Shown here: positions 1 through 9,974 of the stretch, piece by piece
How positions within the stretch are numbered: the stretch's first letter is position 1
How the letters are laid out: every line of letters begins with the position of its first letter
IMG/VR virus record: IMGVR_UViG_3300033068_001847
Location: 120,210-184,209 of that record
DNA from: a virus
Taxonomy: Duplodnaviria > Caudoviricetes
Reading direction: 5' to 3' (one strand)
Length of the DNA stretch: 64,000 nt
Notes under the pieces: model-generated
Told to the model about the DNA's origin: nothing
The model's database searches: none
The model's input: only the letters and a program-made list of their open reading frames with translations
Made by a program: the position numbers and the translations under genes

Positions 1-582
1 AGGAACATAATTAAGTGGACCTGATGCAGCATAACCAGCATCAGCACTTGGAACTACTCCCGTAGTAGCTAATAATCCAAATTTCTCCCAAAACTTTTTA
101 GTGTTTAGGGTAATCTCACTATATAAATTAAATCCACCATGATTATAACCATGATTTGTTGGATAACATAATCTATGACCTATTACAATTGGGTTACCAG
201 TAGTTTCTTTAGAAAATATAGGAATTAATTGTGACCACTTTGCAGCATTAGGATTACCAGAATCTTCATCATGGTCTGGATTAGCATTAAGAGCTATATT
301 AAATTTAGCTGGTCTTTGATTTCCACAACCATCTGAATAAGTCCAAAGAGGGTAAGTATTACCATCTGCTGTTTCTACACCTTGTAAGTATTTATGTAAA
401 TAAGTATTGTCTGATGGACCAGCATCATCAGTATATGGTATAAATCCAGTCGTCTTACCTTCTGGCATCTTATTATGTGATAAGACTACAGAAGGATTAG
501 GTGGTGTATCAAATTCAGTTATAATAGTTATAAGTTGACTATTTTTAACTACTGGTATTTCAAAATTACCTTCTATATTCAT
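1..582 (-). CDS. Partial (runs off the left edge) putative virion protein with a polysaccharide deacetylase (CE4/NodB)-like domain
   Basis: Not in the ORF track; translated by hand from the ATG at 582, which overlaps the upstream stop: MNIEGNFEIP...GFIPYTDDAG...WTYSDGCGN...PTNHGYNH. TDD and HxxxH resemble CE4 motifs 1 and 2. Open to position 1. Confidence 0.55.
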   Translation of the reverse strand, partial: MNIEGNFEIPVVKNSQLITIITEFDTPPNPSVVLSHNKMPEGKTTGFIPYTDDAGPSDNTYLHKYLQGVETADGNTYPLWTYSDGCGNQRPAKFNIALNANPDHDEDSGNPNAAKWSQLIPIFSKETTGNPIVIGHRLCYPTNHGYNHGGFNLYSEITLNTKKFWEKFGLLATTGVVPSADAGYAASGPLNYVP

Positions 583-1646
583 TATGGTATTAAAATAGCT
601 CCAAGAGATATTAAGTTATGAATTTCTGCTGGTATTTGTTCTGAATAGAATTTAATGTAAAGATCAGCTACACCTCTAACTACAGTACCATGACTATCCC
701 AAGTACTACCACCATCAGGAGATACTTCATAATAAATATAGTCAGCATCAATTCTCATTCTGAGTTTTAATAAAACTCCAGCAGTATAGTCAGTTGTTGC
801 ATTACTATTACCAGTACCATTTTTTACAGATATTCTATCATTACCCCAATTGAATGCAATAGCACTCAATGAGTTACCCGGTGTTACTGCTGTATCTCTG
901 TTAGGTGATAGAGAAGCCCATAGATTTTGTCCCGGTTCTGTACCATCTATATCAAACTGTAACCAACCATTTACACCAACAGGGAAATAGTAATTTGCTC
1001 TACCTGCTGCATAAATAGAATTTTGACTTCTTACATTATTAGTAGTATCTCCTATCGTTAATTGAACAAAGTTACCAACATCATAAGCGGTAAATAAATC
1101 AATATCTTGTGTAACAGCTACAAAAACCTCACTATTTAATACATAATCAGAAGCATTACGAATATCATCAACAGCTTTAATACGTATACCCACAGTACCT
1201 ATAGCAGCATCAACATTACCAACTTCAATATATAAATTCCCATTAACATCTTCCAATACAGTTTTTTCGATTAATGAACCTCCAATATTAATAAAACCTT
1301 CATAATCATCTACATTTGGAAATTCAGGGTTTTTAATAACATCACCAAAAATACCTAAATCATCATCAACACTACCACCAGTTGGTGCTGCTGGATTTAA
1401 TAATAAAATTATTATACTTGACCCATTGTATGTATAAGCTAAATCATTACTTCCTTGAAACCCTAAAGGTATAATAGGATTTCCCTCTGTACCATCTCCG
1501 CTAAAATATAAGCTTGATAATATACTACCACTACCGCCTGAACCAACAATTATTTGATCAGGATTAACATTATTATTTGGAGTTAATTCTGGATCATTAC
1601 TATTAAAATTAAATGATGCACCTTGTTCTTTCATAACATTTACCAA
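582..1646 (-). CDS. Putative virion structural/fibre-associated protein with beta-rich C-terminal domain
   Basis: Gly/Asn/Asp-rich; shares a ~36 aa N-terminus with the adjacent gene; in a TATTTAT-headed minus-strand unit. Confidence 0.5.
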   Translation of the reverse strand: MVNVMKEQGASFNFNSNDPELTPNNNVNPDQIIVGSGGSGSILSSLYFSGDGTEGNPIIPLGFQGSNDLAYTYNGSSIIILLLNPAAPTGGSVDDDLGIFGDVIKNPEFPNVDDYEGFINIGGSLIEKTVLEDVNGNLYIEVGNVDAAIGTVGIRIKAVDDIRNASDYVLNSEVFVAVTQDIDLFTAYDVGNFVQLTIGDTTNNVRSQNSIYAAGRANYYFPVGVNGWLQFDIDGTEPGQNLWASLSPNRDTAVTPGNSLSAIAFNWGNDRISVKNGTGNSNATTDYTAGVLLKLRMRIDADYIYYEVSPDGGSTWDSHGTVVRGVADLYIKFYSEQIPAEIHNLISLGAILIP

Positions 1647-1654
1647 TTTTAAAA

Positions 1655-2860
1655 TTATATAGGAGTTATAGTTAATACTCCATCTACTAATGTAATTCTA
1701 TTAGTAACAGCAGTTACTGTATCAACTAAAACAATACCTTTAGCTGAATTATTAATAATTAAATCACCATTGTATATCTCAGTTTGGTTATATAATAATA
1801 TACGTCCACTATCACCTCCATTTACACCATTACCTGCTGTAATTTGAATATCACCTCCATTTTGCGGATTAATACCAGTACCTCCATTTCCAGCTACTAG
1901 CTCTATTCCTCCACCGCCAGCATCTCCATTACCATCTGAACCAGTCATAGTTATACTATTTCCACTAGTATCAGCAGTAGTAGACGCTCCAGCTTGGAGT
2001 GTTAGATTTTGATTTTCAGAACTATATACTCCATAAAGTGTAGCAATTCCAGCATCTAAATTTGTTACTCCATCAGGATCAAATAAAATTCTAGCTGGAG
2101 CTAAAAGTAATGTGTCACTATTTAATACAATTTTCCCATTAACTTCTCCAAGACCAGCAGTAAGAACAACATCACCACCATCACCTGATGTACTACCTCC
2201 AGCACCAGCATCTAATATTATATTACCTCCATCTCCTGTAATTCCACCATTACCAGCTAAAAGTTCTATTACTCCACCACCCCCCGAATCATTACCTGCA
2301 CTAGCTGCTAAATATATTCCATTTCCTGTAGAATCAACTGACTCTGGAGTATTACAAGTTATACTGATACTGCTTTCTAAAGGACTAGTAATATTTTGTA
2401 CCCCTAATATATCTACACCAACTTCCCCCCAACTTATTTCATTATTAGGACCTAAAGAACCATAACTAAATTCATCCCAACGTACAACATTACCTATATC
2501 TCCTGAATAATTATTATTAAAAGTAAAAGCATTACCACCAATACCAGAAGGATTTATATAAAAACTTGTACCACTCGATAATAATGATATATTAATATCA
2601 CTTAAATTAGCTACTTCAGTACTATTTGATATTAACGATATTGAGTTTCCATCTAAAGTTCCTATTACTAAAGGACTCCCTTCTGTATTTCCACCCTGTA
2701 AAATAATTCCGTCAGGAATTGTACCACCTGAACCAGTAATTATTTGATCAGGATTAACATTATTATTTGGGGTTAATTCTGGATCATTTGTATTAAATTC
2801 AAATGACGCACCTTGTTCTTTCATAACATTTATTATATTAATAAATAGTTTGAAACACAA
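1655..2860 (-). CDS. Gly-rich putative tail fibre/spike protein (probable true start at 2824, MKEQGASF)
   Basis: Repeated GGxIxLxAGxG units; C-terminal KGIVLVD...RITLVDGVL motif typical of fibre ends; TATTTAT at 2841-2847. Confidence 0.55.
   Translation of the reverse strand: MCFKLFINIINVMKEQGASFEFNTNDPELTPNNNVNPDQIITGSGGTIPDGIILQGGNTEGSPLVIGTLDGNSISLISNSTEVANLSDINISLLSSGTSFYINPSGIGGNAFTFNNNYSGDIGNVVRWDEFSYGSLGPNNEISWGEVGVDILGVQNITSPLESSISITCNTPESVDSTGNGIYLAASAGNDSGGGGVIELLAGNGGITGDGGNIILDAGAGGSTSGDGGDVVLTAGLGEVNGKIVLNSDTLLLAPARILFDPDGVTNLDAGIATLYGVYSSENQNLTLQAGASTTADTSGNSITMTGSDGNGDAGGGGIELVAGNGGTGINPQNGGDIQITAGNGVNGGDSGRILLYNQTEIYNGDLIINNSAKGIVLVDTVTAVTNRITLVDGVLTITPI
2841..2847 (-). promoter_or_regulatory. 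Putative phage late promoter TATTTAT (one of 14 copies, listed in findings)
   Basis: Recurs on the coding strand just upstream of structural, lysis and homing-endonuclease genes. Confidence 0.65.
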
Positions 2861-2870
2861 TTTAAAAAGT

Positions 2871-2902
2871 TTTGTAAATTAAAAAATTTAATACTATATT
2901 TG
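2871..2902 (+). promoter_or_regulatory. Bacteroidota-type sigma promoter (-33 TTTG, -7 TATATTTG)
   Basis: TTTG at 2871-2874, 20 nt spacer, TATATTTG at 2895-2902, upstream of the RNA ligase. Confidence 0.7.
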
Positions 2903-2909
2903 CCATGTT

Positions 2910-3545
2910 ATGAAAGAGTATTTATATAAATATAAAAAAACATATCATTTAGACTTTTCAGAATCAATTACCAGTGATGATAAGATATTGAAAAGTGTAG
3001 ATCACTTCCTTGGTAAAAGAATTATTGTGACTGAAAAGATGGATGGAGAATGTACATCTGTTTATACTAATTACTATCATGCCCGTTCATTGGAATCAGC
3101 AAATCATCCTTCCCAAAATCTAATCAAAGGATATTGGGCAGAACGACAATACTTAATACCTGAAGGTTGGCGAGTATGTGGTGAAAATTTATATGCACAA
3201 CATTCAATTATATATGATAATCTTGATGCTTATTTTTATTGTTTTAATACTTGGAATGATAAGAATGAATGTTTATCTTATGATGAAACTTTAGAATGGT
3301 GTGAGTTATTAAATATTGTACATGTACCAGTTTTATATGATGGGATATTTGATTATGATCTCGTTAAAAAGATTTATTTAGATTTAAATAAAGATTTACA
3401 TGAGGGTATTGTAATTAGATTAGCAGATTCATTTCATTATAAAGATTTCAGCAAATCATTAGCTAAAGCGGTAAGAAAAAATCATGTTACTACAGATGAA
3501 CATTGGTCTAAACAAGTTATTATACCAAATAAATTAAAACAGTAA
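2910..3545 (+). CDS. ATP-dependent RNA ligase family protein
   Basis: Nucleotidyltransferase motifs TEKMDG (I), CGEN (III), EGIVIR (IV), AKAVR (V). Confidence 0.85.
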   Translation: MKEYLYKYKKTYHLDFSESITSDDKILKSVDHFLGKRIIVTEKMDGECTSVYTNYYHARSLESANHPSQNLIKGYWAERQYLIPEGWRVCGENLYAQHSIIYDNLDAYFYCFNTWNDKNECLSYDETLEWCELLNIVHVPVLYDGIFDYDLVKKIYLDLNKDLHEGIVIRLADSFHYKDFSKSLAKAVRKNHVTTDEHWSKQVIIPNKLKQ

Positions 3546-3830
3546 AATGGGAAATAAAAAATTTGATTTGATTAAGACTAACAATAATTTAACTGAAGAT
3601 ATTAAATCATTGCAAGAACTTTATATAAAAAATATTTTTGAATTTAAAAATAAATTACTAATTTTACTTCCTGATGTCGAAGAAAAATAAAAAGATGACT
3701 AAATCAGAGGAAATTGAATATAATATTTTATTATTTATTGAAGATTATAAAGATCAATTTAGTTATGTTCCTGATTATAGATATTTAAGAACGTTCGCAT
3801 TTCAAATGCATGAATTATTTAATAAATTAG

Positions 3831-4160
3831 ATGAACAAGAAACAAGTAAGGGAAAAGTTCAGAAATGATGTTTTCAAACGTGATAAAAATGAGTGTGCGA
3901 TATGCGGTGATAAGTGGTCTAAATTAGATGCTCATCACATTACCAATCGTAATGAGTTTGAAAATGGTGGTTATGTATTGGAGAATGGTGTAACACTATG
4001 TGATAAAGTAGATGGTTGTCATTTTCAAGCCGAAAAATTTTTACAAACTAGGGATTATATAGGTGCATCGTATGAAATAACTCCAGATGGTTTATATGAA
4101 CTAATAGGTTCATCATTTGAGAAAGCAGTTGAAGCTGATAAAAAACTAAAACAAAAATAA
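3831..4160 (+). CDS. Small HNH endonuclease
   Basis: RDxxxCAICG...LDAHHI...NGVTLC...CH. Confidence 0.8.
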   Translation: MNKKQVREKFRNDVFKRDKNECAICGDKWSKLDAHHITNRNEFENGGYVLENGVTLCDKVDGCHFQAEKFLQTRDYIGASYEITPDGLYELIGSSFEKAVEADKKLKQK

Positions 4161-4161
4161 T

Positions 4162-4524
4162 ATGGGATATGATCAAAGAATATTTTTAGGTGCATGTATT
4201 AGAATACCTGCTGATAATGATGAAGTATTAAGGGAATTATTACATGAAACACATGTGGATGTACTAAGTCAGATTAATGGTCATTGGTGTAAACCAGAAG
4301 ATGGTTATTATTATGTGACAGCTAATGAGTATAGAAATGGTAATGATTATGGTAAACATATTTCTGAAGGTGATAGAGAAGGTGGTGAACGTATTGACAC
4401 TGGAACATTACTAATGTGGTTGAATAACTTCAATGAGGATTATAAAGAAGAAATAAGAATATTGAAAGAAGCATATGGTGATACAAGTATAATTGCAGTT
4501 TTTTTAGTAAATGGCGGTAGTTAA
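4162..4524 (+). CDS. Hypothetical protein
   Basis: Tightly packed ORF in an operon. Confidence 0.5.
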   Translation: MGYDQRIFLGACIRIPADNDEVLRELLHETHVDVLSQINGHWCKPEDGYYYVTANEYRNGNDYGKHISEGDREGGERIDTGTLLMWLNNFNEDYKEEIRILKEAYGDTSIIAVFLVNGGS

Positions 4525-4535
4525 AAAATAAAGTA

Positions 4536-5453
4536 ATGAGAAAGAATAAAATCGTAAGAGTATTAATTGGACCTCCAGCCAGTGGTAAAACTACATGGAC
4601 TAAACAGTTCTTGTTGAGAAACCGTGATTGGGTGTCAGTGAATCGTGATGCCTTTCGGTTTATGTTCAGAGATGAACCTACACCTGAGCCACGAGTAGAG
4701 GATCTTATAACTGAAATGCAAGCTGAAGCTATTGTTAAAGCTCTAAATAAAGGACTTAACGTAATAGTAGATAATACTAATTTAAGACATAAATATTTAA
4801 ATGAAATTATTCAACTAGTTCAATTTAAAGCAGATGTTGAATTTCAAATATTTGATGCACCATTACATGTATGTCAGAAACGAGATAAGGAACGTGCTAA
4901 ATCAGTAGGTGATGAAGTTGTTAATAAAATGCACAACCAGTATAAAAACATCATTGATAGTTTTGGCTTTGAGAACCGTTCTAAGCGACCTTCATACGAA
5001 GATAGGTTTATTCCTCTTGTACAAGATCAAACACTCCCACAAGCTGTTATATTTGATATAGACGGTACAATAGCTTTGATGGGAAGAAGAAGTGAATATG
5101 ATTGGAATAAAGTAGATGTAGATGATCCTCATGATATAGTTATTGAGCAAATAAAACTTCACCAAGATAAAGGGCGTAAGATTTTACTGGTTTCAGGTAG
5201 GGATGAAGAAGCTAGGGAAAAAACACTCTACTGGCTTGAGTATTATAATGTTTATTTTGATGAATTATTAATGCGTCCTAAAGATGATATGAGAAAAGAT
5301 TATATTATTAAAAAAGAGATTTTTAATAATCAAATCAAAGACCGATATAATGTATGGGCTGTGTATGATGATCGCTTACAAGTAATTAAAAAAGCTTGGT
5401 TTGAATTAGGATTATTTTGTTTCAATGTTAATCAAGGGATGAAAGATTTTTAA
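4536..5453 (+). CDS. pseT: Polynucleotide 5'-kinase/3'-phosphatase (T4 PNKP-like)
   Basis: P-loop GPPASGKT, RD and DNTN kinase motifs; HAD DIDGT, SGR and DDR phosphatase motifs. Confidence 0.92.
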   Translation: MRKNKIVRVLIGPPASGKTTWTKQFLLRNRDWVSVNRDAFRFMFRDEPTPEPRVEDLITEMQAEAIVKALNKGLNVIVDNTNLRHKYLNEIIQLVQFKADVEFQIFDAPLHVCQKRDKERAKSVGDEVVNKMHNQYKNIIDSFGFENRSKRPSYEDRFIPLVQDQTLPQAVIFDIDGTIALMGRRSEYDWNKVDVDDPHDIVIEQIKLHQDKGRKILLVSGRDEEAREKTLYWLEYYNVYFDELLMRPKDDMRKDYIIKKEIFNNQIKDRYNVWAVYDDRLQVIKKAWFELGLFCFNVNQGMKDF

Positions 5454-5713
5454 TCAACTAAGCCACTTTTTTTTAAAATACTGTAATAATTTGGGTTTTC
5501 CATTAGATGATCTAAAGCTATTTCTAAAGCTAATTTTTTATTTTTAGTATGTTCCATTTCAGTAGGTACTCCAATTTTTAATTGGGATTCTATTTTTGAA
5601 ATTGAGACTTTATGTTTTTTAGCAATAGATTCAATACTTTGATAATCACTTATACCGCCTTTTATTGTATCCGATATTTTTTTATATTGAGCTTCGGTTA
5701 TTATAATTTTCAT
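5450..5713 (-). CDS. DUF5661-like late protein with putative capsid-targeting leader
   Basis: GxxxEMEHT...EIALDHLxExPxYY motif; N-terminus MKIIITEAQYKKI; TATTTAT at 5726-5732. Confidence 0.65.
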   Translation of the reverse strand: MKIIITEAQYKKISDTIKGGISDYQSIESIAKKHKVSISKIESQLKIGVPTEMEHTKNKKLALEIALDHLMENPNYYSILKKSGLVD

Positions 5714-5756
5714 AATATGTTTTTTATAAATATTTCTAAATTAGAAAAATAATAAC

Positions 5757-5764
5757 TATATTTG
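5757..5764 (+). promoter_or_regulatory. Bacteroidota-type -7 element TATATTTG
   Basis: Exact TAnnTTTG in the intergenic region before the AlkB gene, back to back with a late motif. Confidence 0.55.
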
Positions 5765-5796
5765 ATTATTATTATGAATTATAACTTAAAAAGGTT

Positions 5797-6363
5797 ATGG
5801 AAAAGATTGAATTATTTGAAAATTTTGATATAGGTGTAGATCCAAATACGTGTTTTGATATCTTATCAAAAAATATCAAATGGCACGAAACGTTATTGAG
5901 TGTAAATAATGAGCCAGTTAAAATTAAAAGAAAAATGGCTTATGTCTATGATAGAGTTGTAACTTATTATTATAGTACATTACACTTTGAAGGTGAATTA
6001 TGGATTCCTGTATTAGAAACGATCAGAGATAAAGTAAATGGATTTACTGGTATTGAATTTAATTCAGTATTGTTGAATTACTATAAAAATGGTAAGGATG
6101 AAATAAAATGGCACTCTGATAAAGAAGAAAATTTAGGTGATATAAGCGAATCAGTTATTGCTACAGTAAATTTAGGAGCTACCAGAAAATTCTGGTATTT
6201 AAATAAAGCTACTGGTGATAAAGACTTTTACTCTGTAGCCAACGGTGGATTGTTAATGATGAATGCTGGTTTTCAAAATGAGTATTTACATGCAATATTA
6301 CCTGAAAAACAAATAAAAGATCCAAGGATTAGTTTAACATTTAGAAAAGTAACTCATGACTAA
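5797..6363 (+). CDS. AlkB-family 2OG-Fe(II) dioxygenase (ALKBH2/3-like)
   Basis: FNSVLLNYY, WHSD, H-x-I and RISLTFR motifs. Confidence 0.9.
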   Translation: MEKIELFENFDIGVDPNTCFDILSKNIKWHETLLSVNNEPVKIKRKMAYVYDRVVTYYYSTLHFEGELWIPVLETIRDKVNGFTGIEFNSVLLNYYKNGKDEIKWHSDKEENLGDISESVIATVNLGATRKFWYLNKATGDKDFYSVANGGLLMMNAGFQNEYLHAILPEKQIKDPRISLTFRKVTHD

Positions 6364-6651
6364 AATTTTTATAGGCGGTGAATATCAATATGATTATAAA
6401 ATACATGTTGATGATAAAAATGAAGTTCATTATCAATTATATTTTAGTAATGATGAGTTGTGGAATGAAATTAATAGAGGTAAATTAGCATATGAAATTG
6501 TTGATGATGGATTTAAAATTAAAACAAAAATTCAAAAAGATCTTGAATATGATGAAGCTGAAGGATACATGATATTATTACAGATTCGATATAATTATCC
6601 AGATTCCTACTGTGAAATATTACTCTACGATAACCCTAAAAAATTAGCATA

Positions 6652-7110
6652 ATGGATGAGTTTATAATAACTAAAATTCTTAAAGAAAATGTACAATTAG
6701 CAACATTTTTTGCATTAGTTATAATCTTATTTTTCACATTCTGTTTAATATATTTCTTAGTAGATTATGTCAGAAGATCATATTTCGAAAAAAGAATACC
6801 TAAATTAGCTAATATTAAAAAAGGTGATTCCTATGATTTATATATCGGTAGAGCTAATAAATGGTTAGATTTACCTGCATCAAAATGGGGAAATCCATTC
6901 TTAATGAAAAATGAATCCGAAAGAGCTAAAGTAATACTAGAGTACGAAAATCATATTTTAAATAATCCTGAATTAATTAAATCTTTACCAGAATTAGCTG
7001 GTAAAACTTTAGGATGTTACTGTTTTAATACTGATAGAAATGAAGGTAAAACTTGTCATGGATTAATTTTAATTAAATTATATAAAGAATTTGTAGTAAA
7101 TAAAAAATGA
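6652..7110 (+). CDS. DUF4326 protein with N-terminal transmembrane segment
   Basis: YIGR...SKWGNPF...LGCYC...CHG. Confidence 0.8.
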   Translation: MDEFIITKILKENVQLATFFALVIILFFTFCLIYFLVDYVRRSYFEKRIPKLANIKKGDSYDLYIGRANKWLDLPASKWGNPFLMKNESERAKVILEYENHILNNPELIKSLPELAGKTLGCYCFNTDRNEGKTCHGLILIKLYKEFVVNKK

Positions 7111-7232
7111 GAAAATTTAAACATTACTTAGGACTCACGTCCTTGGCGGTACAACTATAACAGAATAAGTTGACAAAATAAATTTTTATATTATATTTAC
7201 TTAAAAAAGTTTTTAACCTTAAACAAATAGTA

Positions 7233-7688
7233 ATGCAAGTAGTTAGAATTCTTATAATAATATTAGTTGTTTTAATTTCACCTATTTTATTAATCAGTTG
7301 GATCTTCAAGTTATATAAGAAGAAAGTTATTACCAGAAACGACAATGAAAAATATTTAATAAGATATAATTTATTTGATTGTAAATTATTTTCAGTTAAA
7401 ATTCATAATATCCTTTTGAGTGATTATGATTGTTTACATGATCATCCTTGGGCATTCTTTACTTTTATTATGAAGGGAGGATATGTAGAATATACACCAG
7501 AAGGTAGTAGAGTCTACGGAGTGGGTAGTTTTTTATATCGTCCAGCATCTTACATACATAAACTTGAATTACATCAACCAGCTTGGACGTTTGTTATTAC
7601 CTTTAAAAAAGTACGTAAATGGGGATTTTTTACAAAAAATGGTTGGGTAGAATGGTTTAATTATGTACCTGCAAATACTTGTGAATAA
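7233..7688 (+). CDS. Cupin-fold phage protein with N-terminal hydrophobic segment
   Basis: LHDHPW...GGYVE...H...WGF pattern. Confidence 0.6.
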   Translation: MQVVRILIIILVVLISPILLISWIFKLYKKKVITRNDNEKYLIRYNLFDCKLFSVKIHNILLSDYDCLHDHPWAFFTFIMKGGYVEYTPEGSRVYGVGSFLYRPASYIHKLELHQPAWTFVITFKKVRKWGFFTKNGWVEWFNYVPANTCE

Positions 7689-7690
7689 TT

Positions 7691-8080
7691 ATGTTTAATT
7701 TAAGAAAAGAAAAAGAACTCCTTAAAAAGGAATTGGAATTATATAAACAGGAAGAAATTCTTAAAGTTGATATTGAAGTACAAACGTATAGACAAAAAAG
7801 GGAGAAGGAGATTAGTGAACTAGGAAAAAAATGTCATGAACAACTTGGTCAGTATGAACATGTATTTCATAATACAAAAGAGGTTCGAGGTATAGAACTT
7901 GCAAAATTAGAAGCTAAGGTTGAATCAATGAACGAACTAATTAAAGCAAGGCAAGAGGTTATTGCAGCAGATAATAATTTGATTTCACAATTAAAAGCTG
8001 AGATCAAATCTCAAAAAGAGATTATCACATTATTGATTAATAAACAACCTGATATCACCGTTCAAAAACTTAAATCATAA
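7691..8080 (+). CDS. Coiled-coil hypothetical protein
   Basis: E/K/L heptad-rich sequence. Confidence 0.5.
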   Translation: MFNLRKEKELLKKELELYKQEEILKVDIEVQTYRQKREKEISELGKKCHEQLGQYEHVFHNTKEVRGIELAKLEAKVESMNELIKARQEVIAADNNLISQLKAEIKSQKEIITLLINKQPDITVQKLKS

Positions 8081-8299
8081 TAAAAACATGGGAAATAACT
8101 ACGGAGCATTCCTAGATGGAATGAGAAAAGCAAAAGAATATCAAGAAATATTAGATGGATATGGATGGATTAAAGTACCTAAATTTGAAGATGATTTATC
8201 ACTTCCTTTAGAAGAAAGATATCTTAGATTGAATATACACCATGTAGAGGAAACAAATTTTTTAATAAATAAAATAAGAGAAATTGTAAGAGAAAATCT

Positions 8300-8869
8300 T
8301 TAAACTTTTTCCTGATCTAAAATTCTAATATTATTTACATCAAAAATAACATAGTTATTAGCATTAGTACCAGCTTCCTTAGAATCAAATTTAATACCAT
8401 CAAAACCACATTTATCTAAGAATTCCGAAGCTGCTTTTTTAGAACCTAAAGTAACTGCAAGATAATCATACATGGACTGTACCCAAGGATGATTTCCATA
8501 ATAATCTTCAGATAAACCTAACATATCCATCATATCTGATAAAGCACTTTCATCGTGATTCATTTTATTAAAAGTTTTAAGAATTTTTTGAGCTTCCCAT
8601 TCATCAATATAACCATCCCATTCCAAAAAATTATTACTTAAAACTTTTACAGTATATACATATTTATCAGCCCGTGTTTGATAAATATTTGCATAATGAT
8701 GTGCCACATCCAAACTATCTGTAAAATAAATACCGTAACCGTGAACATCATTACCATCACCTGATCCAACTTTAGTTAAATCAAACCCATCAAAACTGTG
8801 TATAGAACCGTGATATAATTCTAAAGCTTCTTTTAATAATTGTTCAGTTAAAATCTTATTTAGATTCAT
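8300..8869 (-). CDS. ADP-ribosyltransferase-like protein (ART-PolyVal type) with putative capsid-targeting leader
   Basis: LYHGS...FDGFD...GxG...GYGIYFT...AxxYA...GFDGI...NYVIFD; leader MNLNKILTEQLLKE. Confidence 0.7.
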   Translation of the reverse strand: MNLNKILTEQLLKEALELYHGSIHSFDGFDLTKVGSGDGNDVHGYGIYFTDSLDVAHHYANIYQTRADKYVYTVKVLSNNFLEWDGYIDEWEAQKILKTFNKMNHDESALSDMMDMLGLSEDYYGNHPWVQSMYDYLAVTLGSKKAASEFLDKCGFDGIKFDSKEAGTNANNYVIFDVNNIRILDQEKV

Positions 8870-9146
8870 CCAAAGATAGAGTATAAATTAATTGAGTATA
8901 TTTATTATCAATACCGATAGGAGATCCGTCTACGTTCCACTCCATTAAAGACCAAACACCATAAGATGATTTAACTTCACCTTTGATAAACTCACCCTCT
9001 TTAATTAGGTTTCTAACTTCGAAATTACCATTAGTTTTTTCGACACTTTCTAATAGTTCTTCTTTATTATCTTCACATGGAACTTCTTCCATTTCCATAA
9101 GTTTTTGATATTGTTCTTCAGTAATTTTAATCTTTTCCATATACAT
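8856..9146 (-). CDS. Small late protein with capsid-targeting-like leader (probable start 9140)
   Basis: MEKIKITEEQYQKL; TATTTAT at 9145-9151. Confidence 0.55.
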   Translation of the reverse strand: MYMEKIKITEEQYQKLMEMEEVPCEDNKEELLESVEKTNGNFEVRNLIKEGEFIKGEVKSSYGVWSLMEWNVDGSPIGIDNKYTQLIYTLSLDESK

Positions 9147-9152
9147 AAATAG

Positions 9153-9869
9153 TTAGTAAATTCGATTATTTTTATTTAAATTACCAATATAAATAACACC
9201 ATTAATTTCTCTGGTAGTTGCCCATAGTGGTTGTAAATTAGTGAGTGACCAGCACTCTTTAAAATCATTATCCTCAAAACTTGTAAATTTAAAATTTGAT
9301 TGTGGAATTTTATGATCTAAGTGCCATTCACCGTAATTCTCCCATGACATACTATCAGTAAAAAGATTAGTAATATGTTCTTTAAGATCAGTTAAGGTAT
9401 ATGGTAGATGTTTTAACATGTTAGTTACGTTCTCAGAATGATTATCCTTGAAAGATTGCCAAATTGCTGTTCTTAAATACTTTTTGAATTTATAATCTGG
9501 ATCAGTAGCACATCTGTTTTTATCCCATTTCGCACTTTTTTTATTAACATGTTCTCTATTATTTTTACGCCATTCGGTGTGATACTCTTTTAACTTTACT
9601 AGGTTATCTTTACGCCAGTTTTCATGGTACTCACTTTTCGATTCTTTATTAACATGATGGTATGTCCGATCATATAATTTTTTATCAAAACCAGTATTAT
9701 ACCTACCACTTTTTCGTAAAGAAATATTATTATCCTTTAAAAGTGAATTTATAGTAGGTTTACTAACATCATATAGTTCAGCTATTTTTAGAGTTGATAA
9801 ATTTTCATTTATATATAAATGGATTACATTATTTATATCCGTTTGAGTATGTATTTTCTTTGTAGACAT
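9153..9869 (-). mobile_element. Free-standing HNH homing endonuclease downstream of the major capsid gene
   Basis: N-terminal HTH-like region; MSWENYGEWHLDHKIP...NLQPLW...N HNH signature; TATTTAT at 9873-9879. Confidence 0.8.
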
Positions 9870-9921
9870 AATATAAATATATTATAAACAAATAATCGTT
9901 TAAATGGTAAAAATCATTAAT

Positions 9922-9953
9922 AAAAAAAAGGTGAGAAAATTAATTCTCACCTT
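9922..9953 (-). terminator. Rho-independent terminator after the major capsid gene
   Basis: AAGGTGAGAA / TTCTCACCTT stem followed by a U-tract on the minus strand. Confidence 0.8.
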
Positions 9954-9974
9954 AATATTTATTCTATTTAATTA

